A stretch of 64,000 bases of DNA from an uncultured Bacteroidales bacterium (GCA_963732575.1 CAVTAA010000006.1:64509-128508); one strand, 5' to 3'. Counted from the stretch's first letter, positions 50,751 through 61,415 are shown. The notes: generated from the sequence alone by a model not told the origin. Numbers and translations are program-made.

Positions 50751-51767
50751 ATGAACTCACTCAACAGAACCATTGATTTCATAGAGGGCAGAAAGGCGGA
50801 CAAGGTGCCCTTCCACCCCATAATGATGCGCTTTGCTGCCGCCTATGCCGGAGTGAGATACAAGGACTTCTGCCTCAGCGCCAGGCATAAATGCAGCGCT
50901 AATATTCTTTGCGCCACAGATTTTCAGTCAGACTGGGTAAATACAATGTCTGATGCTTATGCAGAGGCTGAAGCCTTTGGCACAGTGCTGTCATACCCCG
51001 AAGATGACCTGCCCAGGGTACAGCAATATGCAATAAAAGACATAAATGATATCGACCGTCTTACTGTCAGGAAAACGTCTGACCACGCCCGGATGAAAGA
51101 GCGTGTCAGTGAGCTGGAAGAGTACAGGCAACCGGCCTCAGGCGGTTTCTTCATCGCCGGATGGGTGGAGGGCCCCCTGGCAGAGTACTGCGACATAAGA
51201 GACATTAATCTTGCCCTTACAGACCTTTACGAGTATCCGCAGATGGTGCATAAAGCCCTTGATGTTATAACTGAAAGCGCTGTCAGCTTCATCACAGCAC
51301 AGGTAAAGGCTGGCGCTCACTGTATAGGTATAGGCAATTCCGTTTGTTCACTTATTTCACCGGACCTTTACAGAGAATTCTGTTTCAGTCGTGAAAAGGC
51401 ACTTGTAGACCATATACACGACTGCGGAGCATATGCAAAAATTCATATCTGTGGAAATATTTCGGCAATACTTAATGATGTCATCCGGACAGGCACTGAT
51501 ATTATTGACATTGATCACCGGACAGGTTCTGTCGCTGAGGCTTTGACACTGTTGTCAGGAAAACAGGTTTTTTCAGGCAAGAGCGACCCTGTGTCTGTCA
51601 TACAGGATGGAGATGAGATCATGATCCGCGAAAGCACCCTTGCATTCTTTGAGGAAGCCGGCAGGCGTGCGATAATTTCTGCAGGCTGTGAGATTACTCC
51701 CGGGACAGGTATCGGGAATATGAAAATCTTCAGTGCCGCCACAAGGGAACTGAAACAAGGATATTAA
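50751..51767 (+). CDS. Uroporphyrinogen decarboxylase (URO-D) family protein, MtaA/CmuA-like
   Basis: The 338-aa protein has an N-terminal ..KADKVPFHPIMMRFAA.. and ..HICGNISAILNDVIRTGTDIIDIDH.., which is the typical URO-D/methyltransferase TIM barrel pattern. Confidence 0.7.
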   Translation: MNSLNRTIDFIEGRKADKVPFHPIMMRFAAAYAGVRYKDFCLSARHKCSANILCATDFQSDWVNTMSDAYAEAEAFGTVLSYPEDDLPRVQQYAIKDINDIDRLTVRKTSDHARMKERVSELEEYRQPASGGFFIAGWVEGPLAEYCDIRDINLALTDLYEYPQMVHKALDVITESAVSFITAQVKAGAHCIGIGNSVCSLISPDLYREFCFSREKALVDHIHDCGAYAKIHICGNISAILNDVIRTGTDIIDIDHRTGSVAEALTLLSGKQVFSGKSDPVSVIQDGDEIMIRESTLAFFEEAGRRAIISAGCEITPGTGIGNMKIFSAATRELKQGY

Positions 51768-51782
51768 TCTGAATTAACCGGT

Positions 51783-52679
51783 ATGGCCATGAATTTGAAA
51801 AAGGATATTGCTTTGGTTCTTTCCAGCGGGGGAGCAAGAGGATTTGCCCATATAGGCGCTATCAAAGTACTGGAACAGCAGGGATTATAACATTACTTCT
51901 GTAGCCGGCACTTCAATGGGTGCACTGGTCGGGGGAATTTATGCATCAGGACAATTGCAGCAGTTCGAAGAGTGGGTGACCACACTTGATATGATGGAAG
52001 TACTCAGGCTGACAGATATAACCATCAGCAGCAGGGGGCTGGTGAAGGGGAAAAAGATAATAGAAAAGTTAAAGGAGATTGTTCCGAAAAGTACATTGAA
52101 GATCTCCGGATACCTTACTGTGCAGTGGCCACGGACATTCACACAGGAAGAGAGAAAGTCTTTACTGAAGGGGATCTGTATGATGCCATCCGGGCTTCCA
52201 TTTCTATCCCGACCTTTTTCCAGCCCTTTCAGGATAGGACGAAGCTTATTATGTTGACGGAGGGTTGGTAAACCCTGTACCCATCAACAGAATTAAACGT
52301 CATGAAAATGACCTCCTTGCAATTGTCAACGTCAATGCCGATATACCTCCTGAACCGAAAACGAAACAGGAAGAAAAACCGGTTGACAACAAATATCTGA
52401 GAAAGATCAGAAGCATTCAGGCCAAGCTGGTCAGGCGAGATTCCGGAAAGCCACAAGGACAGGATTGGTATTTTCAATCTGAGCAACCGCAGCATCGGCA
52501 TAATGCTGAGGCAGATTGCTGATCTTACACTGATGAACCACCAGATAGACATAACGATTAATGTATCGAGGGAGTCTTTCGAAATTTATGACTTCTACAA
52601 GGCCGGAGAGATCATTAAGGAAGGTGAAATTGCCACTCTGAAAGCACTCAGCCTGATCAAGGCATTAAAACAGGTTTAA
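51783..52679 (+). pseudogene. Patatin-like phospholipase (RssA/NTE type), at least 4 frameshifts
   Basis: LVLSSGGARGFAHIGAIKVLE is the oxyanion GGxRG motif, GTSMGALVGGIYA is the GxSxG nucleophile and YYVDGGLVNPVPI is the catalytic DGG motif. They lie in different frames. The first break is at TT 51885-51886. Confidence 0.8.
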
Positions 52680-52758
52680 ATCCAAGATTCTGATCGCTTT
52701 ATTTGGAGTTTTTCAGGAATAACGTTACCTTTCGCTGATAACTAAACTAAATTTAGTA

Positions 52759-53658
52759 ATGAAGAAATTTTACCTCATTTTTTGTCTGGCACTAGTGCTT
52801 CCGGCGTTGGTTTTGCGTGCTCAGAAACCAATAACCATTATGGAAGACAGCCTTCTTGTTGGCAAATACATGCACCCAGGGATCAGTGTTACGATCCCTG
52901 AAGCAAATTACGACAAGACGTTAAAGAGCTGGATAAAACAGATTGAAGCCGGCACCAAGTCAAAAGTCGTAACAGAAGACGGTATGATGACACTGTTCGG
53001 TGCAATGTTGAAAAAAATATCTCCGAATCCGGTGAATATGTACAGCAAGCTCTTCAACCAGGATACGCTCAACAAATTAATGGTCTGCATTGAGCTGAAA
53101 AAAGACGAGTACCTTGAACCGGCTTTTGGTGATGCGCAGATGATGGTAGCCAGAGATTACCTTAAAGCGTTTGCAAAGGATCAGTATATAGAATTCATCA
53201 AGGAGGAGGTAGCGGTCGAGGAAAAGAAACTAAAAGACCTGAAGGGTCAACTGACCAGCCTGGAGAACAACTATGCAAAAACCCAGAAGAAGGCCGGGTC
53301 AAGCAGATCAACAATCTCCAGTGAACAGGAAAAGCTGGCGTTGATGAACAGTCAACTCAGTCAGTTGTCCACAGATGTCAACAGGGAAAACAATAACATG
53401 ATCAGTATGGATGCAGGTCCGGAAAAAGAGGCACAGGCAGCCCGGGTCAAGGAGTTGGATAAGAATAGAAAGAAATTGCAGAAAAATATCAGCAAAACGG
53501 AAAAGAAAATCAAAAAAGCTGAATCGTCAATTGCACAGGCAGATGAATCAATACCCCTGAATGAGAACGAGCAGACTGTGATGAAACAGAAGATTGATGA
53601 ACAGACTGCTGTCCTCCAGAAATACATCGATAAACTTAATACTGTCAAACTTTATTAA
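52759..53658 (+). CDS. Hypothetical secreted protein with long C-terminal coiled coil
   Basis: The signal peptide is MKKFYLIFCLALVLPALVLRAQ. The C-terminal roughly 150 aa are K/E/Q-rich heptad-like sequence. I recognise no family. Confidence 0.55.
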   Translation: MKKFYLIFCLALVLPALVLRAQKPITIMEDSLLVGKYMHPGISVTIPEANYDKTLKSWIKQIEAGTKSKVVTEDGMMTLFGAMLKKISPNPVNMYSKLFNQDTLNKLMVCIELKKDEYLEPAFGDAQMMVARDYLKAFAKDQYIEFIKEEVAVEEKKLKDLKGQLTSLENNYAKTQKKAGSSRSTISSEQEKLALMNSQLSQLSTDVNRENNNMISMDAGPEKEAQAARVKELDKNRKKLQKNISKTEKKIKKAESSIAQADESIPLNENEQTVMKQKIDEQTAVLQKYIDKLNTVKLY

Positions 53659-53709
53659 AACATAAGTATCAGATTTTTTAACAACAACCATTTATTAACA
53701 CTTAAGATC

Positions 53710-54030
53710 ATGGAAAACCAGGAACAGAAAGAAAATTATCAGCAGAAAATTGAGTCTCAGCTTGATGAGTGGAGGGCTGACATTGACAGGCTAAGGGAAA
53801 AAGCCAAAGGTGCAAAAGAAGAAACCAAATTAAAATATCAGGAAAGCATAGATAAACTCGAGCTCAAAATGGATGAAGGGAAATCGAGGCTCAAAGACCT
53901 TAAGGAATCAGGAGCAGATGCATGGGATGCAGTAAAGGACGGTGCAGATTCAATCTGGGACACCATGAAAGCCACATTCAAGGAGGTAAAGGAAAAATTC
54001 AGGGACGACGACGACGAAGTCAAGGAATAA
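53710..54030 (+). CDS. Hypothetical small acidic coiled-coil protein
   Basis: The 106-aa protein is highly charged (..LDEWRADIDRLREKAKGAKEE..DDDDEVKE) and has no signal peptide. I recognise no family. Confidence 0.45.
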   Translation: MENQEQKENYQQKIESQLDEWRADIDRLREKAKGAKEETKLKYQESIDKLELKMDEGKSRLKDLKESGADAWDAVKDGADSIWDTMKATFKEVKEKFRDDDDEVKE

Positions 54031-54218
54031 TTGCAATTAACCTGTCAGGGAAGCCCTCAGTTTCTGAGGAATGTTATCTGTCATGAGGCTGCATTACCCG
54101 GATGAAATAAAACGGGAGTATATGTATATTGGTTGAAAACAGAGCTGTCCATCAGGTTGATCGAAGGCGTTATTCTTCAGGTAATCAATAATTTTCTGAC
54201 AAACTAAAACTATTGACT

Positions 54219-54623
54219 ATGAAAAAAGGACTTAAGATCGGAGTTTTTTTATTACTGATAGTAGTTGCCGCTCTGTTTTGGTGGCGTCATTACTTTGTAT
54301 TTGGCGAAGGAGTAAAAGCGGGCGATCTGAATTACCTGGTCAGGAAAGGATACATATTCAAGACCTGGGAAGGCAAATTGATTCAGACAGGATTCAAGAC
54401 ACCTGCTCCGGGTGCGATGCAAAGCAATGAATTTGAATTCAGTATTGTTAATGACAGCATTGCATCAACACTTGAGAGAGCCAGTGGAAAATTTGTTGAA
54501 GTAAGGTACAAGGAATATATCAGACCCCTTCCGTGGAGAGGCATGAGCAAATATGTTGTCATTGAGATCCTCGAGATAAAGGATAACGAGACCGAGTCTA
54601 TTTTGCCTTATCAGACGCTGTGA
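54219..54623 (+). CDS. Hypothetical N-terminally anchored small protein
   Basis: ATG 54219 (MKKGLKIGVFLLLIVVAALFWW) gives a single TM or signal anchor followed by a roughly 110-aa soluble domain. Confidence 0.5.
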   Translation: MKKGLKIGVFLLLIVVAALFWWRHYFVFGEGVKAGDLNYLVRKGYIFKTWEGKLIQTGFKTPAPGAMQSNEFEFSIVNDSIASTLERASGKFVEVRYKEYIRPLPWRGMSKYVVIEILEIKDNETESILPYQTL

Positions 54624-54651
54624 TTTATCAGTTATACGTGATCTTTAAAAC

Positions 54652-55408
54652 ATGAAATACAGAATAGCTGCTATTATTCTGCCGGTTTTCCTGTTTACTG
54701 GCTGCGCTGAGCTTACAAAGATGCTGCAGACCGCGTCAACAGTGCAGGAACTCACCGAGGCTGATGTAATAACGGGACTGAAAGAAGCCCTGGTTGTGGG
54801 TGCAAAAAATGCAGCCGGAGTACTGTCATCAGAAGGCGGTTATTACAATGACCTGGCCGTGAAGATTCCCCTGCCTGATGAAGCCAAGAGCAATAATTGA
54901 AAATGTCAGTAAGATCCCTGGCGGCGAGAAGCTGATAGAGGATGTTGTACTTAGCATAAACAGGGCAGCAGAGGATGCTGCGAAGGAAGTAGCTCCGATT
55001 TTCGTCAACTCGGTGACGCAGATGACTGTTACCGATGCTTTCGGCATACTCAGGGGCGCTGACAATGCTGCGACTCAATATTTGATAAATACCACTTACA
55101 GTGAGCTCTACAACCTGTACAGGCCAAAGATAAGCGCCTCGACCAACAAAGAGATCGTCGCCGGAATTTCCGCACAGGAATCCTGGACAACACTTACGGG
55201 TAGATGGAATACCGTTGCGAACAGCATTGCAGGCAGACTGGCCGGATTTAAACCTGTTACGACCGATCTTGATGACTTCCTGACAAAGAAGGCGCTTGAC
55301 GGAATGTTCCTGAAAGTGGAGGGTGAGGAACTGAAGATAAGAAAAGTAGTCTCGGCAAGAGTCACTCCTATCCTTCAGAAAGTGTTCGGAAGTCTTGATA
55401 ATCAATAG
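54652..55408 (+). pseudogene. DUF4197 family lipoprotein, one +1 frameshift
   Basis: The lipobox is LFTGC. LKEALVVGAKNAAGVLS..IPLPDEAK / AIIENVSK..SINRAAEDAAKEVAPIF..MTVTDAFGILRGADNAATQYL..FLTKKALDGMFLKVEGEELKIRK follows the DUF4197 pattern as I recall it. The break is near 54885. Confidence 0.7.
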
Positions 55409-55434
55409 AATAGTTAATAAATAAAAGTTTGTTA

Positions 55435-56349
55435 ATGATGAAAAAAATTGTAATTGTATTTGCAGCATTCTTTACTTTTGCAGTCTTTAATAGTCAGGCA
55501 CAGGATCAGGTCACTGACACAGTCTGGCGCACAGGAGGGATCTTCTCACTCAACCTGGGTCAGAGCTCGTTCACAAACTGGGCCGCCGGTGGACAAAACT
55601 CCTACAGTTTAAACGGACTGGTCAACCTGACTGCCAACTACAAGAAAGATAAGTCTGCCTGGGACAATGGCCTTATTCTCGGCTACGGCATGATGCGCTT
55701 AAAAGATGGTACCCCGGAGTGGACCAAGACCGATGACAGGATAGACTTTCAGTCAAAGTACGGCAGGAAGGCCTCAGAAAAGTGGTACTATTCTGCACTT
55801 ATGAGCTTCAAGACACAGATGTCAGACGGTTATAACTATCCCGATACAGAGAATAAGATCTCAGATTTGCTTTCCCCTGCTTACCTGTTGTTCGCCCTTG
55901 GTATGGATTATAAGCCCATACCTGAATTCTCAGCTTTCCTGTCCCCGGTGACATCCAAAAATACTATTGTCACTGACCAGGGTCTTTCTGACGCCGGCGC
56001 CTTTGGTGTTGACCCGGGGAAAAAGTTCAGGGGTGAATTAGGGGCTTATGCCAACCTGGTGTATAAAAAAGATGAGATATTCAAGAATACAGGCTTTGCG
56101 ACAAGGCTTGACCTCTTCTCAAATTATCTCCATAATCCGCAAAATATTGATATCAACTGGGAGACAATGCTTATTCTGAAGGTCAATGAGTTCTTATCTG
56201 CAACAGTAAACACCCTCCTGATTTATGATGATGATGTTCTCATTAAGGTTGACGAAGGCAATGAGGGCGAACCAATTATGGGTAAACGCACTCAATTCAA
56301 GGAAGTTATTGGCGTAGGCCTTACTTACAGGTTTGCGAAATTCAGGTAA
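55435..56349 (+). CDS. DUF3078 family outer-membrane protein
   Basis: The protein has a signal peptide, and WRTGGIFSLNLGQSSFTNWAAGGQNSYSLNGLVNLTANYKKDKSAWDN is typical of DUF3078. Confidence 0.7.
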   Translation: MMKKIVIVFAAFFTFAVFNSQAQDQVTDTVWRTGGIFSLNLGQSSFTNWAAGGQNSYSLNGLVNLTANYKKDKSAWDNGLILGYGMMRLKDGTPEWTKTDDRIDFQSKYGRKASEKWYYSALMSFKTQMSDGYNYPDTENKISDLLSPAYLLFALGMDYKPIPEFSAFLSPVTSKNTIVTDQGLSDAGAFGVDPGKKFRGELGAYANLVYKKDEIFKNTGFATRLDLFSNYLHNPQNIDINWETMLILKVNEFLSATVNTLLIYDDDVLIKVDEGNEGEPIMGKRTQFKEVIGVGLTYRFAKFR

Positions 56350-56416
56350 GGTATCTTGTCTGTAACGGATCTTATGCTTTCTGAAACCCTATTTCTGACA
56401 GGTCAATGATCAGACT

Positions 56417-57037
56417 ATGCTGAAACTTATCAATCACCCGCTGATTACTCACAAGTTGTCGCTTATCAGGAGAAAAGAGACAGGAACCAGGGATTTCAGA
56501 CAAAACATAAGTGAGATTGCAGGCCTGATGGCCTACGAGATAACTCGTGATCTGCCACTGCGCCAGGTTACAATTGACACGCCTGTCTCTTCATGCACCA
56601 CCTCGGAGCTGTCAAAGGACATTGTACTTGTTCCGGTTCTGAGGGCAGGACTTGGTATGGTTGACGGGATTACCAATCTCATACCTACGGCGAAGGTAGG
56701 CCATATCGGACTTTACCGTGACCATGAGACACTGGCTCCTACGGAGTACTTTGCGAAATTTCCGTCCAATCTTGCAGAGGCTGTGGTCATGGTTCTTGAT
56801 CCCATGCTTGCCACGGGAGGCAGCGCCAGTGCAGCAATCAATGCACTTAAAAACAGAGGTGCTGCAACTATAAAGCTGGTATGTATCGTAGGTGCGCCCG
56901 AAGGTGTGGCGCTAGTGGAAAAAGACCACCCTGAAGTGGATATTTACCTGGCGGCACTTGACAGTCACCTTAACAGCAAAGGATATATTGTACCCGGTCT
57001 CGGTGACGCCGGTGACAGACTTTTCGGGACTAAATAA
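56417..57037 (+). CDS. upp: Uracil phosphoribosyltransferase
   Basis: The 206-aa protein has [22 protein letters not shown], the PRPP loop [12 protein letters not shown] and [16 protein letters not shown]. Confidence 0.95.
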   Translation: MLKLINHPLITHKLSLIRRKETGTRDFRQNISEIAGLMAYEITRDLPLRQVTIDTPVSSCTTSELSKDIVLVPVLRAGLGMVDGITNLIPTAKVGHIGLYRDHETLAPTEYFAKFPSNLAEAVVMVLDPMLATGGSASAAINALKNRGAATIKLVCIVGAPEGVALVEKDHPEVDIYLAALDSHLNSKGYIVPGLGDAGDRLFGTK

Positions 57038-57060
57038 CTGATATTTTAAACAATCGTAAA

Positions 57061-58314
57061 ATGGGGCTCAAGAACCGGTTAATCATAATGAATTTCCTCC
57101 AGTTCTTTATCTGGGGGTCATGGCTGCTCACCATCGGTGCATACTGGTTTCAGAACAAGAACTGGTCAGGTACTGAATTCGGCGCTATTTTTTCAACCAT
57201 GGGCCTTGCATCGCTTTTCATGCCGGCCATAGCAGGTATCATTGCTGACAGGTGGGTCAATGCCGAAAGGCTCTACGGTATCTTTCATATCTGCGGTGCA
57301 GTGATGCTCTCGCTCCTGCCGGCTGTAAAAAGTCCTGACACCTTTTTCTGGGTAATGCTTCTCACAATGATGTTCTATATGCCCACCATCGCGCTGGCAA
57401 TTACAGTGGCATACAGTTCGATGAAGAACAAGGGTATGGACATCATCAAGGATTACCCCCCGATCAGGGTCTGGGGCACCATAGGATTTATTGTGGCATT
57501 GTGGGTTGTGAGCCTCTCCGGCTTCGAGACCTCGTCATTGCAGTTCTATGTAGCTGCGGCTGCATCATTCGGTCTGGGCATTTATGCATTCACCCTGCCC
57601 AAATGCCCTCCGCTCGGTGGAGGTCACAAGAAGAGCCTGGTTGAGACAATGGGGCTTAACGCCTTCAAGCTCTTCAGGAGCACCAAGATGGCACTCTTCT
57701 TCATTTTTGCCATGCTGCTCGGTGCAGCACTGCAACTGACCAACGCCTACGGAGACACCTTCCTGCACGATTTTGCAGATATTCCTGCTTATAAGGATCT
57801 CATTGCAGTGAAATACCCGGCAATAATAATGTCAATATCACAGATATCCGAAACGCTTTTCATTCTTACAATTCCGTTTTTTCTCAAACGGTTCGGGATA
57901 AAAAAAGTCATGCTGATGAGTATGGTAGCCTGGATCCTTCGTTTCGGGCTCTTCGGTCTCGGTAATCCCGCCGAAGGACTGTGGATGATTGTGTTGTCAT
58001 GCATAATCTACGGCATGGCATTCGATTTTTTCAATATATCAGGTTCGCTCTTTGTGGAAACGCAGAGTGCACCCGAGATCAGGGCCAGTGCCCAGGGGCT
58101 GTTCATGATGATGACCAACGGCTTCGGTGCATTCCTTGGAAGCCGTATCAGCGGGATAGTCATCGATAAGTTCTTTATACTTGAGAGCGGCGCTTTTGAC
58201 TGGAAGGGAATATGGTTTGCTTTTGCAGGGTACTCACTTGTAGTGGCAATACTCTTTGCCTTGCTCTTCAGGCATAAGCATGAGCCCGAGGCAGTTAAGA
58301 ATATTTCACACTGA
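57061..58314 (+). CDS. Nucleoside:H+ symporter family MFS permease (NupG-like)
   Basis: The 417-aa, 12-TM protein starts LKNRLIIMNFLQFFIWGSWL and has ..IAGIIADRW.., as in the Nuc_H_symport family. It sits next to upp. Confidence 0.8.
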   Translation: MGLKNRLIIMNFLQFFIWGSWLLTIGAYWFQNKNWSGTEFGAIFSTMGLASLFMPAIAGIIADRWVNAERLYGIFHICGAVMLSLLPAVKSPDTFFWVMLLTMMFYMPTIALAITVAYSSMKNKGMDIIKDYPPIRVWGTIGFIVALWVVSLSGFETSSLQFYVAAAASFGLGIYAFTLPKCPPLGGGHKKSLVETMGLNAFKLFRSTKMALFFIFAMLLGAALQLTNAYGDTFLHDFADIPAYKDLIAVKYPAIIMSISQISETLFILTIPFFLKRFGIKKVMLMSMVAWILRFGLFGLGNPAEGLWMIVLSCIIYGMAFDFFNISGSLFVETQSAPEIRASAQGLFMMMTNGFGAFLGSRISGIVIDKFFILESGAFDWKGIWFAFAGYSLVVAILFALLFRHKHEPEAVKNISH

Positions 58315-58356
58315 CTTCAATTCTGCTGGTAAGGTGACTGGAGGCTGATCAGGGAT

Positions 58357-59226
58357 TTATTTCAGAAGGATAAGACTGATCCCTATCACAATAATACCGC
58401 TTATCAGACCATAGATGGCAACGTGATGCTTTCCATACTTGTGGGCTGCCGGTAAAAGCTCATCGAATGATATATAAATCATTATCCCGGCCACCATCGC
58501 AAATACAAAACCCAGAATAATATCACTTTTAAACAGTGACAGGATGAAATACCCGGCCAATGCTCCCACAGGTTCGGAAAACCCTGACATGACTGACCAT
58601 AACAGAGCTTTCTTCTTTGACCCGGTTGCATAATAGACAGGCACTGAAACAGCAATACCTTCAGGGATGTTATGGATGGCCACAGCCACTGCGATGCTTA
58701 TACCTATTGTAACGTCAGACATTGCAGCCATGAATGTGGCTATCCCTTCAGGGAAGTTATGCACTCCGATGGCAATCGCGGTGAAGGTGCCTATCCTCAT
58801 CAGCTTGCGGTCCCTGCCACCATGATAACCATGGCCCTCTTGTTTGCCTCCCTTGCATTCAGGTTTATCAGGATTGCGGCTTCCCGGATTCATCTGCTCC
58901 ACCCTCTTCAGTTCATGGGGATTGCCTTCTGACGGAAGGATCTTGTCTACTACAGCTGATAAGGCTATACCGGCAATAAATGCTACGAAAGTAACCCATG
59001 CAGCAGTATCCTGACCGTAAAAAAGCTGCAGCCGCTCACCGGCCTGTGTCAGAATCTCAGTGAACGAGATAAAAATCATCACTCCGGCAGAAAAGCCAAG
59101 TGAGAAGGCCAGAAACGTTGTTTTTGTCCTTTTGGCAAAAAAGGCTATCATGCCTCCTATTCCGGTGGCAAGTCCGGCAAAAAGTGTTAAACCAAAAGCA
59201 AACAGTAAATGAGAATCGGCCATCAA
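58357..59226 (-). CDS. zupT: ZIP family zinc transporter ZupT
   Basis: The 289-aa protein has a His-rich cytoplasmic loop (GHGYHGG) and HNFPEGIA / HNIPEGIAV motifs. Confidence 0.85.
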   Translation of the reverse strand: MMADSHLLFAFGLTLFAGLATGIGGMIAFFAKRTKTTFLAFSLGFSAGVMIFISFTEILTQAGERLQLFYGQDTAAWVTFVAFIAGIALSAVVDKILPSEGNPHELKRVEQMNPGSRNPDKPECKGGKQEGHGYHGGRDRKLMRIGTFTAIAIGVHNFPEGIATFMAAMSDVTIGISIAVAVAIHNIPEGIAVSVPVYYATGSKKKALLWSVMSGFSEPVGALAGYFILSLFKSDIILGFVFAMVAGIMIYISFDELLPAAHKYGKHHVAIYGLISGIIVIGISLILLK

Positions 59227-59340
59227 GAGGCTTATTTAGATTCATTATAAACTGCAAAATTAGAATAATCAGGAAAAAAACAAAGCCTTAAATGGAATCG
59301 GTGGATAAAAAAACCTTATTTAGTAATTCCAATCAGGCAA

Positions 59341-59934
59341 ATGAATCTTTGGGATTATTATAAAGTTCTCGGCGTCAGGCAGGGAGCAACCGATGACGAG
59401 ATCAGGAAGGCATACCGGCGCAAGGCCATGGAGTACCATCCTGACCGCAATCATACGGCAGAGGCTCAGGAAATGTTTATCACCATCACCGAGGCTTACG
59501 AATATCTCACATCACACCCGAACGGACGTAATATCACGCAGGCAGAGGTCAGGAAGAATTACGAGGCCTGGGTACAGTACAGGCAGGCTGAAGCCAGGAA
59601 GAGAGCCGAAGAGTATGCAAAGACCACTTACAGTAATTTTACGAAGAGCCCTTTGTACCAGAGCACTACTGTGATTGACGGAACAATGGTTTTTCTTGGC
59701 CTTGGACTTGCCGCCACCGTAATATTCATGACGGTCTTCGGTTACTTCTACCGGCACAGGATGGCTACCAATGCGGACGAGGAGCCATCGGTCTCGCTGG
59801 CCATCATTACGCTTGCTGTCGGAATTTGTTACCTGGTGATATCGATATTCTACATGAGTTCCTGGCTGGCGCGGAGAAAGAAAAGAAAAAGAAAAAATGA
59901 TGATGCAGAGAAGAAAGATCAGGAATCCGTTTGA
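59341..59934 (+). CDS. J-domain (DnaJ-like) membrane protein
   Basis: The N-terminus is [32 protein letters not shown] (HPD motif). Two C-terminal TM helices and a basic tail follow. Confidence 0.8.
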   Translation: MNLWDYYKVLGVRQGATDDEIRKAYRRKAMEYHPDRNHTAEAQEMFITITEAYEYLTSHPNGRNITQAEVRKNYEAWVQYRQAEARKRAEEYAKTTYSNFTKSPLYQSTTVIDGTMVFLGLGLAATVIFMTVFGYFYRHRMATNADEEPSVSLAIITLAVGICYLVISIFYMSSWLARRKKRKRKNDDAEKKDQESV

Positions 59935-60385
59935 CCCCGGGCAGAATCTCTGTTTCGGATGCGGACCGGCAAATCCGGCAGGACTGAAACTCACATTCGA
60001 GGAAGATGATGAGAAGCTATATGCTGTATGGCAGCCGTCAGTTCATTTCCAGGGTTATTCAAACGTGCTTCACGGTGGAATAATTGCCACCCTGCTTGAC
60101 GAAGCGGGGGCATGGTGCATCTACGTCAAGGCAGGCACGTCAGGAGTGACATCCTCAATGACCGTGAGGTATCTTAAACCTGTTTACATAAGCAAGGGTG
60201 CTGTCACCATTGATGCCTGTCTTATAAGCCGTGAAGAAAAAAGCGTCAAGCTGCTATGCCATCTATTTGACGGTGAAGGCAGGAAGTGCGCCGAAGCAGA
60301 CCTTGACTATTTCATTTATCCGGAAGATGTTGCCAGGAAACGTTATTTCTACCCGGGCATGGAGGCTTTTCAAAGCAAACCCTGA
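59897..60385 (+). CDS. Hotdog-fold (PaaI-like) thioesterase
   Basis: [33 protein letters not shown] is typical of PaaI/DUF4442-type thioesterases. As listed, the ORF overlaps the J-domain gene by 38 nt. Confidence 0.7.
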   Translation: MMMQRRKIRNPFDPGQNLCFGCGPANPAGLKLTFEEDDEKLYAVWQPSVHFQGYSNVLHGGIIATLLDEAGAWCIYVKAGTSGVTSSMTVRYLKPVYISKGAVTIDACLISREEKSVKLLCHLFDGEGRKCAEADLDYFIYPEDVARKRYFYPGMEAFQSKP

Positions 60386-60394
60386 GAGTTGCAT

Positions 60395-61415
60395 TTACAT
60401 CCGTGCCTGCGGGACCACACTGTGATCAGCAAATTCAGACCTGAGGTATTTGTAATAGGCGGTCACACCAATCATTGCTGCATTATCAGTGGTGTAGCGA
60501 AGCTCAGGCAGAAAGAGGTTCCACCCGCGCTTGTCTGCCTCCTTCTGTACGGCTTTTCTCAGTCCTGTGTTCGCTGATACACCGCCCGCAATCCCAATCT
60601 CTGTTATGCCTGTCTCTTTGGAGGCTTTCACAAGTTTTGCGACAAGTATTTCAATTATTGTGTGTTGCAGCGAGGCTGCGATGTCATTAATGTTCGCAGC
60701 AATAAAGTTCTCATCCTCCCTGACCCTGTCACGCAGGAAATAGAGGAAACTTGTCTTGAGGCCCGAAAAGCTGAAGTCCAGCCCTTTGATTCGCGGTTTG
60801 GCAAAGAGAAAAGCATGTGGATTACCTTCCTGTGCCAGCCTGTCAATGACCGGGCCGCCGGGGTATGGAAGCCCGGTAACTTTGGCGCATTTATCGAAAG
60901 CCTCTCCGGCAGCGTCATCAATTGTGTTTCCGATAAGCTCCATAGACAGGTGGTCATGCATCACTATCAGCTGCGTATGTCCGCCTGATACCAGCAGGCA
61001 AAGGAACGGAAATTCCGGGTGTACGGTTATCCCTGCCTGGTTCGAGTGCAAAATGCGCCATCACATGAGCCTGCAGGTGATTGACTTCGATTAGTGGCAG
61101 ACCGCGGACGAGGGCAAAACCCTTGGCAAAGGAGGTGCCTACAAGCAATGACCCCAGCAGGCCCGGTCCCCTGGTGAACGCCACCGCACTGATATCGTCA
61201 CGGCTTATGCCTGCTTTCGACAGTGCCTGATCGACAACGGGTATTATGTTAGCCTGGTGTGCCCTTGATGCCAGTTCCGGAACCACTCCGCCATATGCTT
61301 TATGTATATCCTGGTTGGCAATGAGATTTGAGAGCACATAACCATCACTGATAACAGCAGCAGAGGTATCATCACAGGATGATTCTATCGCCAGGATCGT
61401 TATGCCAGGTGCCAT
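60395..61415 (-). pseudogene. tsaD: tRNA N6-adenosine threonylcarbamoyltransferase, one frameshift as sequenced
   Basis: The N-terminal piece 60954..61415 reads ILAIESSCDDTSAAV..GVVPELASRAHQ..FTRGPGLLGSLLVG. The C-terminal piece 60395..61051 reads FPFLCLLVSGGHTQ..DDAAGEAFDK..IAGGVSAN. Removing one base from GGG 61027-61029 (CCC on the coding strand) joins them as ..RTPEFPFLCLL.. Confidence 0.9.

Noticed and set aside
59227-59340. A possible Zur-type operator upstream of zupT (partial palindrome TTTAGATTCATTATAAA).
   Set aside because: Only about 12 of 17 positions are symmetric in an AT-rich region. No known consensus for this lineage can be applied from memory, so it is not distinguishable from chance.
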